A stretch of DNA of 64,000 bases. Source: Lingula anatina. Taxonomy: Eukaryota > Animalia > Brachiopoda. Below, in pieces: positions 35,487 to 46,839 of the stretch. The notes under the pieces are model-generated. The model searched no databases. It was not told the origin of the DNA and worked only from the letters and a program-made list of their open reading frames with translations. The stretch is taken from positions 12,648,001-12,712,000 of the forward strand of contig CM120649.1 of assembly GCA_051362555.1 (NCBI GenBank). The letters run 5' to 3'. A program made the translations under genes and the position numbers. How positions within the stretch are numbered: the stretch's first letter is position 1; each line of letters begins with the position of its first letter.

Positions 35487-38400
35487 CTCGGTATGTATGT
35501 ATGCTATCATTTATCAATAAATAAATTTAATACTCTAATAGAATACATTCATTGATTATTATTTTTAATAATCGTTTCTTCATTAATCCATATACAATAT
35601 AATCAATAACGTAAGTTTATATATTTTTTTTTTTCAGACCAGAGACGCTCCGCAGAGTTCAAACCATCAGACAAGGAAGAAACCGCTGTCACCGTTAGCG
35701 CAGACCAATATTACACGTGTAGTGAAAATCTTACTCTTGGAGACACACACAGCACCTATATCACATTTATGCAACTAAAATTCCAAGCATTCCGAGACAC
35801 AAATGACACAGATTTTAAGGGAGGAGGTAATTATATATATATATGCATTTGGTAAATTATGAGAGGATGGTTCGATAGCTTTTAGTGGAAAAAAATGACG
35901 TGTTGGTGTTTCGATCTTGTCACATGATCTTGTTTCACCACCGTAGATGAAAACATCTGTGCGGCAATTGTTGTAACAAAGCCAGAAAGTGCAACATTTG
36001 AATTTCTTAATCATTCCTCAAATACTATATCAGTTGGTACTGCCTCACGCCCTGCGCGCCGCTACGTATGTACAGTAGCACTTTTACAAATTATTGGACG
36101 CATTATAGTTACGATAAAGCTCCCTATTGTCAAAATTTTCACTACTCACCAAATTAATAATTTTATTAAATATATCCGCATTTATTAAATTTTACTATTT
36201 ATATTTTATATATATTGTACAATCCAACCATATACATCATCATCATTATTATTACTGAACTCGGCTAGTGTAGACAGTTGTTCTTACCAAATACTGATGA
36301 AGAATCTGCGTTGGCACATTTATTTATTAAGTGTATTGTGTTCATAGCATTTTGAATCCAGCTGTATTGCTTGATTTCATGAAATGCTAGAGATATCACA
36401 CAGCAAAATTCAGATATTTATATTTCACAATCGTATGCAAATATCTCGACCAAAAATTCATTTCAAAATCGAGGTGGAGCAAAAATTTTTATAATTAAAA
36501 CCGTTTTCTGACGTAGTCAGCTTTCAGCTTGTACGGGGCCACTGTTTCCTAGTTTTACAGGATAACATTTTCAATATGGCCGTATTTGGTATTTACTTTC
36601 CAGGATTAAGTCCATACGACACCATTTCCAAACTTAAATAAATAGGCACGAACAACCAGCCACTCTGTTGCCATTGTAATTGCCAAATTGATAGTAGTGT
36701 TTTCCTTTGGTCATGTTTCCAGGTGTTTGTCCTAGCAACGCTATTTCCAAGCCTTATGTGATTTTCATTAGCAACGAGGCATTTTTATATTACTATGGTG
36801 ATTGCCATAGTTACATCAGTGTTCCCTATAATCATCTTTCCAGGTGTATGTCAAGACAACACCATCCCAATGTTCACACTATTTGCCTTAGAAACCAAGT
36901 ACTATGTCGCCATAGTGATTGCCACAGTGATAGCCGTGTTCCTTGTGGTCATTTTTGGTTCTTGTATTGTTAATCGTCATAGAAATGGGAGACAATTTGG
37001 ATATGAGACATTCTGAAATTGTACGTTTTATATATTGAAAACTGTCAGTGTCTAATCCCTGGAATCGTTTCACTGCGGGAAGGAGAATGTCAACTTGTAG
37101 TAAAAGAGAACCTGTAATATTGTAGATGATTTATCTGTATATAAAAGTGAAGTAGTGTTTAGATTGGCCATATTTGCTTTCTGTATTGGGAACAACTGTG
37201 TAGGCGTTTAATACTGGGTATTGTTGTTATTGTATAATTATAGATTACATGTGCTGAATGGAGTGTTCTTATAGGTCATGCTTATGTCATGTTTTTATAT
37301 TTGTTTATTTTCATTTTTTGTTATAAACCGTGGTAGCACGGTGTCCCTCCGGAACAACGAACAAAATGAGGCAATGCCAAACCACCTTTTCAATTCTGTG
37401 CTGTGAATATTAAAGAAAAAACCGTCCTTGTGTACGCCTATATTCTATATATTTTCTATGCCTGTGCCCCCCCCCCCCCCCCTCCAACCCCCCTCCTCCA
37501 TCCCGCGCCCCCATTAGCATATTGCTAATCCTGGATCAGTCAGTGCAGGGCAATGTGGAGTATATGAATAAAGTAGAAACAAGATTTTATATGTGGTTTG
37601 GTGAGATGCTGTTGGTTTTGGGTCGCTGCTGATCGGACTAAAGACTTACCGATTCCACATTAGATTGGAAGAGAAAAACACTACATGGAGCTGAATGTCC
37701 GCAAAGGGCCGCTTCCGTTTAACCCTTAGTGATATACTAGTAGGGGAGAGCGGGGTTGGTTGGAACAGTTTTCACCTTTTTTGCGATATCTCAGCAGTCA
37801 AAGCTTTGGGGACAAAAATAAAAAATCTGATAGGGGAAAATTATATGCCGCACTCATCTATGAAATAAAACATCAAGTAGGTCTTTTTATTTTAGAGTAA
37901 TAAATGCTCAAAGTTGCCTCCTAAAACGTTCCATCTCACCCCACCCGCGGGGTCAGTTGGAACAGGCAGTGGGGTGAGTTGGAACAAGAGGGCGAGTTGG
38001 AACGCTTGCATATAAATTCAAAGTATAATTCATTTTAAGAGTAGGATTATCTATATTTATTTCCCAACAAGTAAGTGTTACTTTGTATTCGTATCTCCAT
38101 AGTTTGTAAGCATTTTTTACGTTTACAATTTGCTTTCAAATAGTCTTTTCGATGTATAAACCATATCCAGTTACACTTCATTTCATAATGATAACAAAAG
38201 TGGTGTAGTTTAAGAGAAAAGAAATTGAACTCATATATCTCAACCTATTAACAACAGTATGTTAGACCTACAAATGAAAACTGTATCTCTTTCAACTCAA
38301 CAACTCAGAATCAAAATCGCAGTTCTGACATATACATGAACACTTGGTCAACCTTTGTACAGTCTTCATGTGACCACTTTAGACAAACAATGCATTTAAC

Positions 38401-41211
38401 CCATTTCTCTTTTGGTCGGCTGTTAATGAACGGCTCCCCACAAACCAGACATGGCCACTCTTCTTCTGACTCAGAATCGCTGGTCATCTTTGATATCCTT
38501 TTTCTTGATTTTCTCTATCGACTAGAAATCTTTAACTGTTTTTTATTTTTGTTGCGCTTGCCCTTTTTAATTTTGTTGGGCTTGGCCTGCATCGTTTTCT
38601 TCTTTTAATCTTTGGACTGCGACGGTGAGCCTTTGGAACCGGTCTAATTATTACTGGACTTGAGCTGTTTTGGGGTTTTCTTTAGTGCGCTTTAGTGTGC
38701 TGTAGCACCTCTTCCGGTGAGGGCAACTGAGATTTCAACTGAATCTTTGCCTAAGTTACGAGGTGAATGTTTGTCTTTTCTGGCGGATTTTGTACCCTCG
38801 TTCACTAAACATTAACAGCAACCCCCAATCCATTACACAAAGCATTTAAAACAATATCGGCAGAATTGGTGTTGTATAGTTTATCCATAACATAAGCTCT
38901 CAGCTAGAATATTTTCATTTTGCCGCGAAAAGCAGAGTAATAATCGACATTTCCTTCCACATCTAAAAGAAATTTATCGCAAAAAGCAACAGTGGGCATG
39001 CAGACCCCTATTCGACCAAACAGCTAGCAACTGCATTTAACAAGCAGTGACCATCCCCCCTTGTATCTTCTACACGCATGTACATTCCGACATCATGGAG
39101 ATGTTCTATCAGCTAGATTCCGTCTCCAGTTGGAGTTGTACTCGGTTACTACGTTACTACTCTCTTCAAAGTTGAAATTAAAATATTTAGAGAGGTTTAA
39201 AAAATGAAAAAACACCGTGCGGGGTGGGTTGGAACACCCCTGACAGTGTTCCAACTGGCCCCATGTCAAATGTCCCGACCAGCCCCCATGACGTCATGGC
39301 CTACTTATGACACTGTATTTCTTTAACACGTGGGAAGTGTTTAAAAAAAACAACATCTTTTTGAACATCAAGGTGATCCTTAACGCTATGCACAATTTCA
39401 GTGATATAACCCGCACGAAAACGCAGTAGATACTCCAGCGCAGTAGACTACTGCAATCATACTGCAAACATGCTTCAAATCTGCTTCGATGTGGGAGCTA
39501 ATTAGCATATTTGAAACATGCTTCTATCATGCTGCTAATCTACTGCATTAATGCTCCTCCTCTGTACAACCCTATGTAATTTTTGAAGTAGAATTGCAGT
39601 AGTCTATACTGCATTTCTACTGCAAATATGCTCCATACCACTACTGCGTAAATGCTTCTTTGCTACTTCGATACTACTGCATTTTCGTGCGGGAATCCTT
39701 ATACTTTAGTTTACAGCACGATGAATGTCAAAAATATGAAAACTTACTTCGAGTAGCGAAAATAAGTTTTTTTCGCATAAAACTTTTACTGCATTTTCGA
39801 AACTTCCACAAGTTTACCGGATGAATGACCATGCCCCGTGACATTTTTATGCTGAAGGAGCACATGATCGGTCTTGTGATTTAAGAAATAAAGCCAATGT
39901 TCCAACTTACCCGCGTTCCAACCCACCCCGCTCTCCCCTACTCACCAATCCCCCAGATATACTCTGGCTACCTCTGTGTATGAATCCCTAAGAGAAATAC
40001 TCTCGAATTTACCTTTGATCTAATCCACTAGCAACTAATTCATCTGTGCACCAATTAACCCCTGCCACCCCTACCCCCTCCATCTTTTTACTACTAACAA
40101 TTTACTAACCAATATTCCCCATTTCTGTTTTTGCAGAGGTAAAGTGCGACTCTTCTTCTACTGGTCCAAGTGGTCTGAAGGATTATGAAATAGCAATCAT
40201 AGTCATCGCATCCGTGCTGGCTGTTATCATTATTGTTACGGCTGTCGCCTGCTGCGCCCGTCGCAAAAGAAAAGATTATTCAAGCCTTTAAACTATTACA
40301 TGTGACTGAAAATGTACTGGTGTTGATAATTTAATAATCTTAATTTAAGAATCTTGTTTTCGACGCTTGAATAAGAATTTTTATTGTTTTTTTTTTTCGT
40401 GTGGATGTATTTTTTATAAATTCCCAGCTCACCTATATCCGGGGTTCTTCGAAGCACGCATCACTTTTACAAGTTAATGGATTTCAAGAAAGCATTTGAT
40501 TATGTGCATTGTAAAGTATTGTATCACAAACCCAAAAGAACAATCTACCAAAGTAATTATTAAAAGACAAAAATACTAATAGTATGATGAAATAACATTT
40601 TGAATCTTTCGTGAATGTGCATGTGCAATGTTCTCAAGTCATACTGACAAATCGGGCACTAACTGCATGGCTTGCTTAGACTGCATGGTAGAATGTATAT
40701 AACACGTGACAACATATTATCAACAGGTGGTTCTGCTTTCCAACAAAACCTGCATTCAGTATTCAAGATTGTAGGCCCTACAACTTTGAATATATACATG
40801 CAGTGAAAATGGATGAAGTTTTCCCCTAGTCACACAAAACTCCAGGCAACTCGCGGAACAGACTTACAACTTTCACCGAGAGAGGGACCAGTTTATTCAT
40901 CTATTTGCACTAGAGGTGGCAGCACCGTGTCAGGCATTCCCTGAGAAATTATATAACTTGAACTTATCATACAAACACGTACTGAAGGTGGCAGCACTGG
41001 AGGTGCCCAAGATAAGCTCCACCCTGCAAAACTGAATGACATGAATCCCACTTTCTTTGCAGAGGCTCAGTGTACGCCGAACTCTACAGGGGGGCTTACC
41101 AACGATCAGATTCTTGGAATTGCCCTGGGAGGCACCGCGGGGCTCATCGTTATAGTGTCAGTGCTCGCCTGTCTTATCAAGCCGCGGAGAAAGGGATACC
41201 AAGAAATGTGA
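29674..41211 (+). CDS. LAMP-family lysosome-associated membrane glycoprotein (signal peptide, Thr-rich mucin stalk, one LAMP domain, TM, YxxPhi tail) with three alternative terminal exons
   Basis: Common exons: 29674-29719 (signal peptide MESKTIAVLVLLSLCG), 33493-33950 (mucin plus GTVCIVAEM), 34614-34754 (VNGSC...WTLNLTF), 35138-35252 (YKLDNIELSY...FF) and 35638-35826 (YYTCS...LKFQAF...F). All introns are GT-AG with phases 1,0,0,1,1. Terminal exons A/B/C give 373/367/365 aa. Orthology to a specific vertebrate LAMP is not established. Confidence 0.9.
29901..30111. mobile_element. MITE family with CCCCTTTACACTGGAC TIRs, copy 3 (LAMP intron 1)
   Basis: ccccttta cactggacggcgtcctttctgcg ... cgcagaaaggacgccgtccagtgtaaagggg. 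Confidence 0.8.
32205..32293. repeat. (CT)n(CA)n compound microsatellite
   Basis: Read directly from the sequence. Confidence 0.95.
33585..33745 (+). repeat. Coding minisatellite (18/21-nt units encoding AQTTT(T)(S/A)) in the LAMP mucin stalk
   Basis: Repeated gcaca(a/g)acaac(a/g)ac units, all in frame. Confidence 0.85.
36595..36843 (+). pseudogene. Two decayed tandem copies of the 5' part of LAMP terminal exon A
   Basis: Units of about 120 bp, each opening with a tttccag|g acceptor and containing ca/ta-ct.tg..gccat.gt.attgcca...gtgtt...tcat similar to exon A. The copies are frameshifted or stopped and lack a YxxPhi tail. Confidence 0.65.
36844..37016 (+). CDS. LAMP alternative terminal exon A (tail NRHRNGRQFGYETF*)
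   Basis: ctttccag acceptor, phase 1. Translation: GVCQDNTIPMFTLFALETKYYVAIVIATVIAVFLVVIFGSCIVNRHRNGRQFGYETF*. AATAAA at 37567. Confidence 0.85.
37743..39938 (-). mobile_element. Decayed pogo/Tigger-like DNA transposon (~2.2 kb) between LAMP exons A and B
   Basis: TIRs GGGGAGAGCGGGG.TGG.TGGAAC / GTTCCAACCCACCCCGCTCTCCCC with a TA TSD. Minus-strand PHD-finger relic WPCLVCGEPF...WVKCIVCLKWSHEDC...(frameshift)CQNC at about 38310-38470. Confidence 0.85.
39410..39693. mobile_element. Nested non-autonomous element, CACTA/EnSpm-like (CCC...GGG ends)
   Basis: TIRs cccgcacgaaaa.gcagtag / ctactgcattttcgtgcggg, a 2-bp AA TSD, and internal tactgc/gcagta subrepeats. Confidence 0.7.
40137..40291 (+). CDS. 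LAMP alternative terminal exon B (tail ARRKRKDYSSL*)
   Basis: Two TACTAAC branch-point matches (about 40092 and 40103), a pyrimidine tract and a ttgcag acceptor, phase 1. Translation: EVKCDSSSTGPSGLKDYEIAIIVIASVLAVIIIVTAVACCARRKRKDYSSL*. Confidence 0.87.
40474..40530 (+). mobile_element. Tiny LINE reverse-transcriptase relic
   Basis: Translates to LMDFKKAFDYVHCKVLYHK, matching the DFxKAFD motif of non-LTR reverse transcriptases. Confidence 0.45.
41063..41211 (+). CDS. LAMP alternative terminal exon C (tail KPRRKGYQEM*)
   Basis: ctttctttgcag acceptor, phase 1. Translation: EAQCTPNSTGGLTNDQILGIALGGTAGLIVIVSVLACLIKPRRKGYQEM*. AATAAA at 42042. Confidence 0.88.
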
Positions 41212-41405
41212 TAAGTAGTGCGAACGGAATGACACTATAAACAAATGATAATTGGTTGGAAAGCGTTTGAGAACAAAACTATTATATCATATATAGACTT
41301 ATTTTTGTACAGGAATGATAATCATGTCATGTTTACAAATATTTCTTGACCACGAAGTCTTAATTTGTCGAATTGATGGGGATTAACTGGTACCAGTATT
41401 TGGTA

Positions 41406-41774
41406 AAAGGGATAACAACTCTTCGTATGGGATCCACATTTTACAATAAATACACTGTGAACAGCTCACAGAAATATAAGAAATTCTATTTTACTACCAA
41501 AACGGCAGTTATCGCAATTATTTTGGAATCTGTGCTTTGCATCGGATCTCGTGACCTCCGTAGATGGCTACCCTCTGTAAATATCTCTTAAGAAATAATT
41601 ATATTAAAAAATAATAATAATATTTATAATAATAAAAATAACTTTTTAGAAAAAAAGCGACTAACTTTGAATGGATTCATTAACCATTGGTAAGCAGCAG
41701 TACATAAACGGAAAATTGCCGTTCGCCCCAGGAAAAAACCTTTTTTGGCTAAAAAGAACAGTTGTTATCCCTTT
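41406..41774. mobile_element. TIR element (same family as 9178-9526) in the 3' UTR of LAMP exon C
   Basis: aaagggataacaact ... agttgttatcccttt. Confidence 0.75.
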
Positions 41775-43074
41775 GAATTTTAAGCTGGTCATACGTGTAT
41801 CAAATTATTACAAGATATTAGAATGAGTAGTATGTAACAGTATGATGTTACTGCTCGAATATAGTCTAATGATGTTTGTGTGCCAAACTGTTTGAAAGCT
41901 GTTTATCAACCTAGTCGTATACGTTGTTGTAATCCATCAAAGAAAAAGCCGTGAACTGTAGATACCAGCATTGTTAAAGTTATGTTGAATATGAAAATGG
42001 TTGCTTGTAGGCTTTGTTAGTTTTTACAGTGTAACTCGTGAAATAAAATGGTACATGTACATGTATAGGAAAAAACCTGACGCAATTTTCATTATCTCGT
42101 CATTAATGGGTTAACGCTTAGGTTGGCAAAGTGTTAATGATGCCAGGATCAGAAAAAAATCTTGAGGTTAAGATGTTGGCACAGTGCAATAAAAACCTCA
42201 ATATATGAGCGCAAGTTGTTTATGGAGACTATCAATAACTTAAATATTTTACTGCTTATTAATTCGAACCCCTCGAACTTAATGATTAGTCGCGAGTCAA
42301 TGAAACCAAAGGTATCTATAACCGTATTAAAATGCATTATTTCTGTTCTCGCCATTGTTGTAATATGCCTTGAGTTTTATTATGTCGTTTCAGGCTGATA
42401 ATTTTTCTTCGAAAATATTTAATTAATTAATTTCCCAAAATTTCACTCGCCCCGTTATTTTCGCTGCTTTCTACAACGGTACCCTCCAGTTTGGAAAAAA
42501 TGAACAGTGATTAAAGTGATATAAAACAGTTGAGCAAATATCACGCACAATGTTTACGTCTATGACGTTATTCAAATGTTCACTTTTTTTATGGATTAAT
42601 CCTTATCTAAATAAGTAATCTGCATACCTTAAATTTTGCACGTACACGTAGCTGTAGCGGTGATGTTATCTGTGTGTATACAACGAAAGATGCGATCTTC
42701 ATTTAACATGATATGAACCACAATCAAGTTATACTTGCTGAATGTTTGGCAGACGGTCGACGGGTCATAAATAAGCTCTGAGAAAATCAGGGCATGGGAC
42801 TTTGATAAACTATTTGCAATTGCAAGTGTAATATTGATTTTTTTTTCTTTTCTGAAATTATAATAATAATAATAATAAAACACTTCTTTAAAACCGCGCT
42901 ACACATGCGTCTCAGCGCTGTTTACATAAAAAAATTAAAAAAAAATAATAAAAACTTGTTACCCATAAAAATTATGGGTAACAACCCCACGTGCTATTAA
43001 GCAGGTGCAAACAATTAAAGTTGAACTATTTACCGTAGGACTCATCCCACTGAAACTTTCGGTCCGAGTAGATC

Positions 43075-43262
43075 GATCCCGATCCAACTTTGCGGGGACT
43101 CGCTGAATGCAATCAGTTTAATGGATTAACACACCTTCAACTGGCATTGAGTAGAATGCAGAAAAGCCGGCGATTATGCGCTTACGTTTTAAACACGAGG
43201 AAGTGTAATAATCTGTTTATCTGACCGCATTCAGCCAGAGTCCCCGCGGAGTTGGATTGATC
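43075..43262. repeat. Imperfect inverted repeat (probable MITE core)
   Basis: tccaactttgcggggactcgctgaatgc versus gcattcagccagagtccccgcggagttgga. Confidence 0.6.
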
Positions 43263-44842
43263 TTTGTAGACCATGGGATTCATTGGAAATGAGCTCTTAT
43301 TTTCATAATGAAACTCGTGATGAATGATTGACACCTTCCTTAAATACCTGGTGTCAGAATTACAAAATATCGTCTGCCCGAAAATTGGTCTAATGCAGTT
43401 CAAGATACCTCCATAGTTGTCCACGTAGATAAAAGAGGTACTAGTCTGAGGGATTAGCCATGCTTTCTTGATGTGAAATGCTACCAATTCTTATTTCATT
43501 TGAGGGGGGGCAAAGTATATAGAAACGTTTGGTCTTAATATTTTGACCGACTTTCGGGCTAAAATTTCACCGTGAAACAGGTCCACGGGGGTGCACTTGG
43601 GGCTGCATGGATCTAGGCCTGCAACTCTCTTATCCCATAGGTCTTATCTATCAGCCTCTCTCACAATGTAAATATTTTATCTTTATTTTCTTGTTAATCA
43701 TTTATCTGCTTTACAGTACAGAAGATAGTATATATACATGTAGGCCCCTAGTTTGTTCCGATGAACTCGTTGACATATTCTTACCGATAAGATTTGTGAA
43801 ATATTTGTCTGTTTTGTAATAAAATAACGTGTCAATTTATGTGGGTTTGTCTTGTGTTTGTATAGAAGGTGTTTGTCTGTGCAAGAACGAGCGAGTGTGT
43901 GTGGTGTGTGTGAGTCAGTAGAGGAGAGGGTGTCGAAGCCGTTGTTTTTGTTTACCTTTCTGCTAAATAACAGGAATTTAAACTAAAAATTATCATCATT
44001 ATTATTTATTTGAAACATATCGTAAGACTACGTCATAATATGTCAATATACAAACTGTGAATATCTTTGCACTTTTTTTCAATCCTTCTCCGTGATTTTT
44101 CTTTGGGCAATGTGTGTATGGGTGTGAGCACGTGCACGCGTGTGCTGCAGTTTTTTAAAACGTGTTATAGTCAGAGCACGGATGGACATTTATAACGGAG
44201 TCTGTTGTATTCCAACTCATTCTTTTGATGTCTTGCATTATGCCGTGAAACCCATGAAACGAGTGTTAATCATTAACATCCATTAACATGTTGTATGATT
44301 AATATTTAACAGAGCGTAGGCTTTCATCCGTGACAGCTGATGTCAGTTGATATTTAATTTGCTTGATGACACATATGTTTTATGACCTCGAAACTACTGC
44401 AATGACAATTTTATAATAGAGCATAATCCTAATTATTATTATTTTTGCTGTGTCTGACAGTTTCTGATTCTGAAATAAAACATTCTAAAATGTTTTGAGA
44501 TGCTTTCTCCGTATCGGATCGAGCAAACTAATTGACTGACTTGGGCTTAGCGAGCAGACTTAAGCTTGAAGGCATATAATGTTCGCTAGACTTATATATA
44601 GAAAAAGTAAAATAAAACATTTTCAAACCCTAAGAAATTCAGGCAATTTCCCCTTCAACAACTAAATATTCACTGTCCAAAACTATTAAGAAGAAAACGA
44701 AGCCCCGATTTTTACTTCAACATTTGTAACTTTTTAACCGTCAGTATTGAAATCGAGAAACTCCATCTCCATTACGAGAATGACGTTGATTTTGAACAGT
44801 GTTTTCTAGAGTGTTGAAACCTCTAGAAAATCCGTTAATTTC

Positions 44843-44973
44843 CGGGCTGCTGAATCAACTCGAATCCTGACAACTGCGGAGGCCATCAAGCAGAAGGAGG
44901 CGGAGGCATAAAAACGCCTGGATGCCATCAGTGCCGCCAAGAAGGCCAAGCAGGAGGCTTTCGAGGCCAGGCA
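44843..44973 (+). pseudogene. Orphan copy of exon 4 of the duplicated 207-aa gene, with a premature stop
   Basis: Near-identical to 48266-48396, but the CAG codon is TAA, and the flanking acceptor and donor are absent. Confidence 0.85.
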
Positions 44974-45013
44974 TAAGCTGTCAATTATTTTTCTAAACCC
45001 CCGTACTAGTAAT

Positions 45014-45181
45014 CAGGGGCGGATTTAGGCCGTCTTCAGGGTCTTCCGGAAGACTGTCAGATTTTCAAGTTTACATTGACGGGTATTTAATGTTTTCTGT
45101 CGGAAGACGGTCAAAAATGGAGGATGGATCAACATAGATAATTTGGAAGACTGTCAGAAAATATCTCTGGATCCGCCCCTG
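45014..45181. mobile_element. CAGGGGCGGAT-family MITE
   Basis: caggggcggattt ... ggatccgcccctg. Confidence 0.75.
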
Positions 45182-45897
45182 TAATAATGCCCTCATTTAC
45201 TAAAGTGATTTGTACTTAATGATGGGAAATGAAATTGAATCTCATATTTACTGGGTCCTATGTTTTGAAATGGAGATCACGGCGTTTCGACCTTATTACA
45301 AGGCCTTCTTCGGGTCAACTGTTGTCACCCGTGTCACAAGCTGACACGTCTGCGCGGGATGTCTCCCAGAGCCCTGTCTCACCCCATGTGGTAGTTGTTA
45401 TCTCAGACTCAAGCCACTGTGTTTGCGAAGGTTGGTAAGTTTAATTGGCTCTTTTGTCAATTTTCATGTTCACATTAAACAAAAATGTAAACAAGTATAT
45501 TTATAATACTGTTATTATAATTTAGAATTGCTGAAAAAAATTTTTTTAGCGACCAATACGTTGTGATGTCATGTATACTTTTTAACGATTATTTTCAAAA
45601 GTAAAAAAAAAGAAAGAAAGAAAAAACTATCGCGAAGATGCTACAAAATAATGAGCATCAAGCATCTCTGTAATGATAATTGTTGATTTATTTAAGAGGA
45701 CAGAGAGACAACTATTACAGTATACGAATGCTTCGTTATGTATATTGCTTGACATTTTATATAAAAAGCATTTTGAATTCCTGCATGAAGCAATGAATTT
45801 AAGATAAAAACAAAAGAAGTGCCATATATATGGTGAATAATTGCATGTAAGAAACGTCCTTATTTAGCTATGATGTCCTAAACTTAAAACCGATGGC

Positions 45898-46184
45898 CAG
45901 GGGCGGATCCAGGATTATTTGAAGGGGGGGGGGGGGGGGGTGCGACAGGCCTCGGATGCGTAGCCGACTATAGCTCCCTTGGTGTGGGGTTCGGGGCCTG
46001 CTCAAAGGCCCCCAAAAAATTTGGTGTTTTGGAGAGTAAACAGTGCCCTTTGGTACGGTTTAGAACTATTTAGATAGTCAAAATTGTCATTTCAAGAGGG
46101 GAATATTGGTGTGATACATTTTTCAGAAACCAAAGGGGGGGGGGGGGTCAGGACCCTTCTGACTCCCCCCTAAATCCGCCACTA
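45898..46184. mobile_element. CAGGGGCGGAT-family MITE (duplicated at 52212-52467)
   Basis: caggggcggatccagg ... aatccgccacta; the ATGGT 5-bp TSD is perfect in copy 2. Confidence 0.8.
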
Positions 46185-46703
46185 ATGGTTAAGGGTGTAC
46201 ATTTAAAAGTTGTACAGTGAATATATTAAATGAAATCTATAAGACCCACCGAAAAAAAAATGAATTAAAAATAATGATAGCAGGTTGTATTGTTTTTCGT
46301 TAAACATTTCAATCATTAAAATAAGACATAAACCAGTCCAATAGGCCAAAAGCATCTAATGCTTAATGATCTAACTAATATCTCTATATGTACATTAGGA
46401 GAGGGACTCTATGAGGGAGAGTGAAAACAAAAAATTTGCCCACTAATTTTGAGAAAAGTCAACTTTACCAAAATTTTGGCACTCACTTCAACTGAATATA
46501 ATTCATTTCAGAGAATTTCATTCATAAAATTAAATGGATATGAACGCTAGACGTCAGCATGGAACGTTATATCTTTACATATGTCACGTGTATTAAATTT
46601 TATTTTTATTTATAAATGTTTTATTATTCGATTGGGAAAAACTCAGTTCGCCATGCAAAAGAAAAAAAAACGGAAAAGGGCCAATCATATTCGTTATACA
46701 CTG

Positions 46704-46711
46704 TGACGTCA
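46704..46711. promoter_or_regulatory. Palindromic CRE (TGACGTCA) about 130 bp upstream of the ATG; also at 52985-52992
   Basis: Perfect TGACGTCA, plus nearby half-sites (tgacgt, acgtca). Confidence 0.35.
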
Positions 46712-46839
46712 TAGTAGAAAATCCCATCATGACGTGCGCTTTCTATAGAAACGTCAACAGTCAGTAGACAACGAAGTACTCTATTGTACGGACGTGTTCA
46801 AATTGTTTCCACAAAAATCTGTCCATATAAAAGCTAAAT

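Noticed and set aside
40905-41000. AGGTGGCAGCAC repeats as CTCF sites
   Set aside because: They match only the 3' half of the CTCF consensus. They are reported instead as possible RNA-pairing elements.
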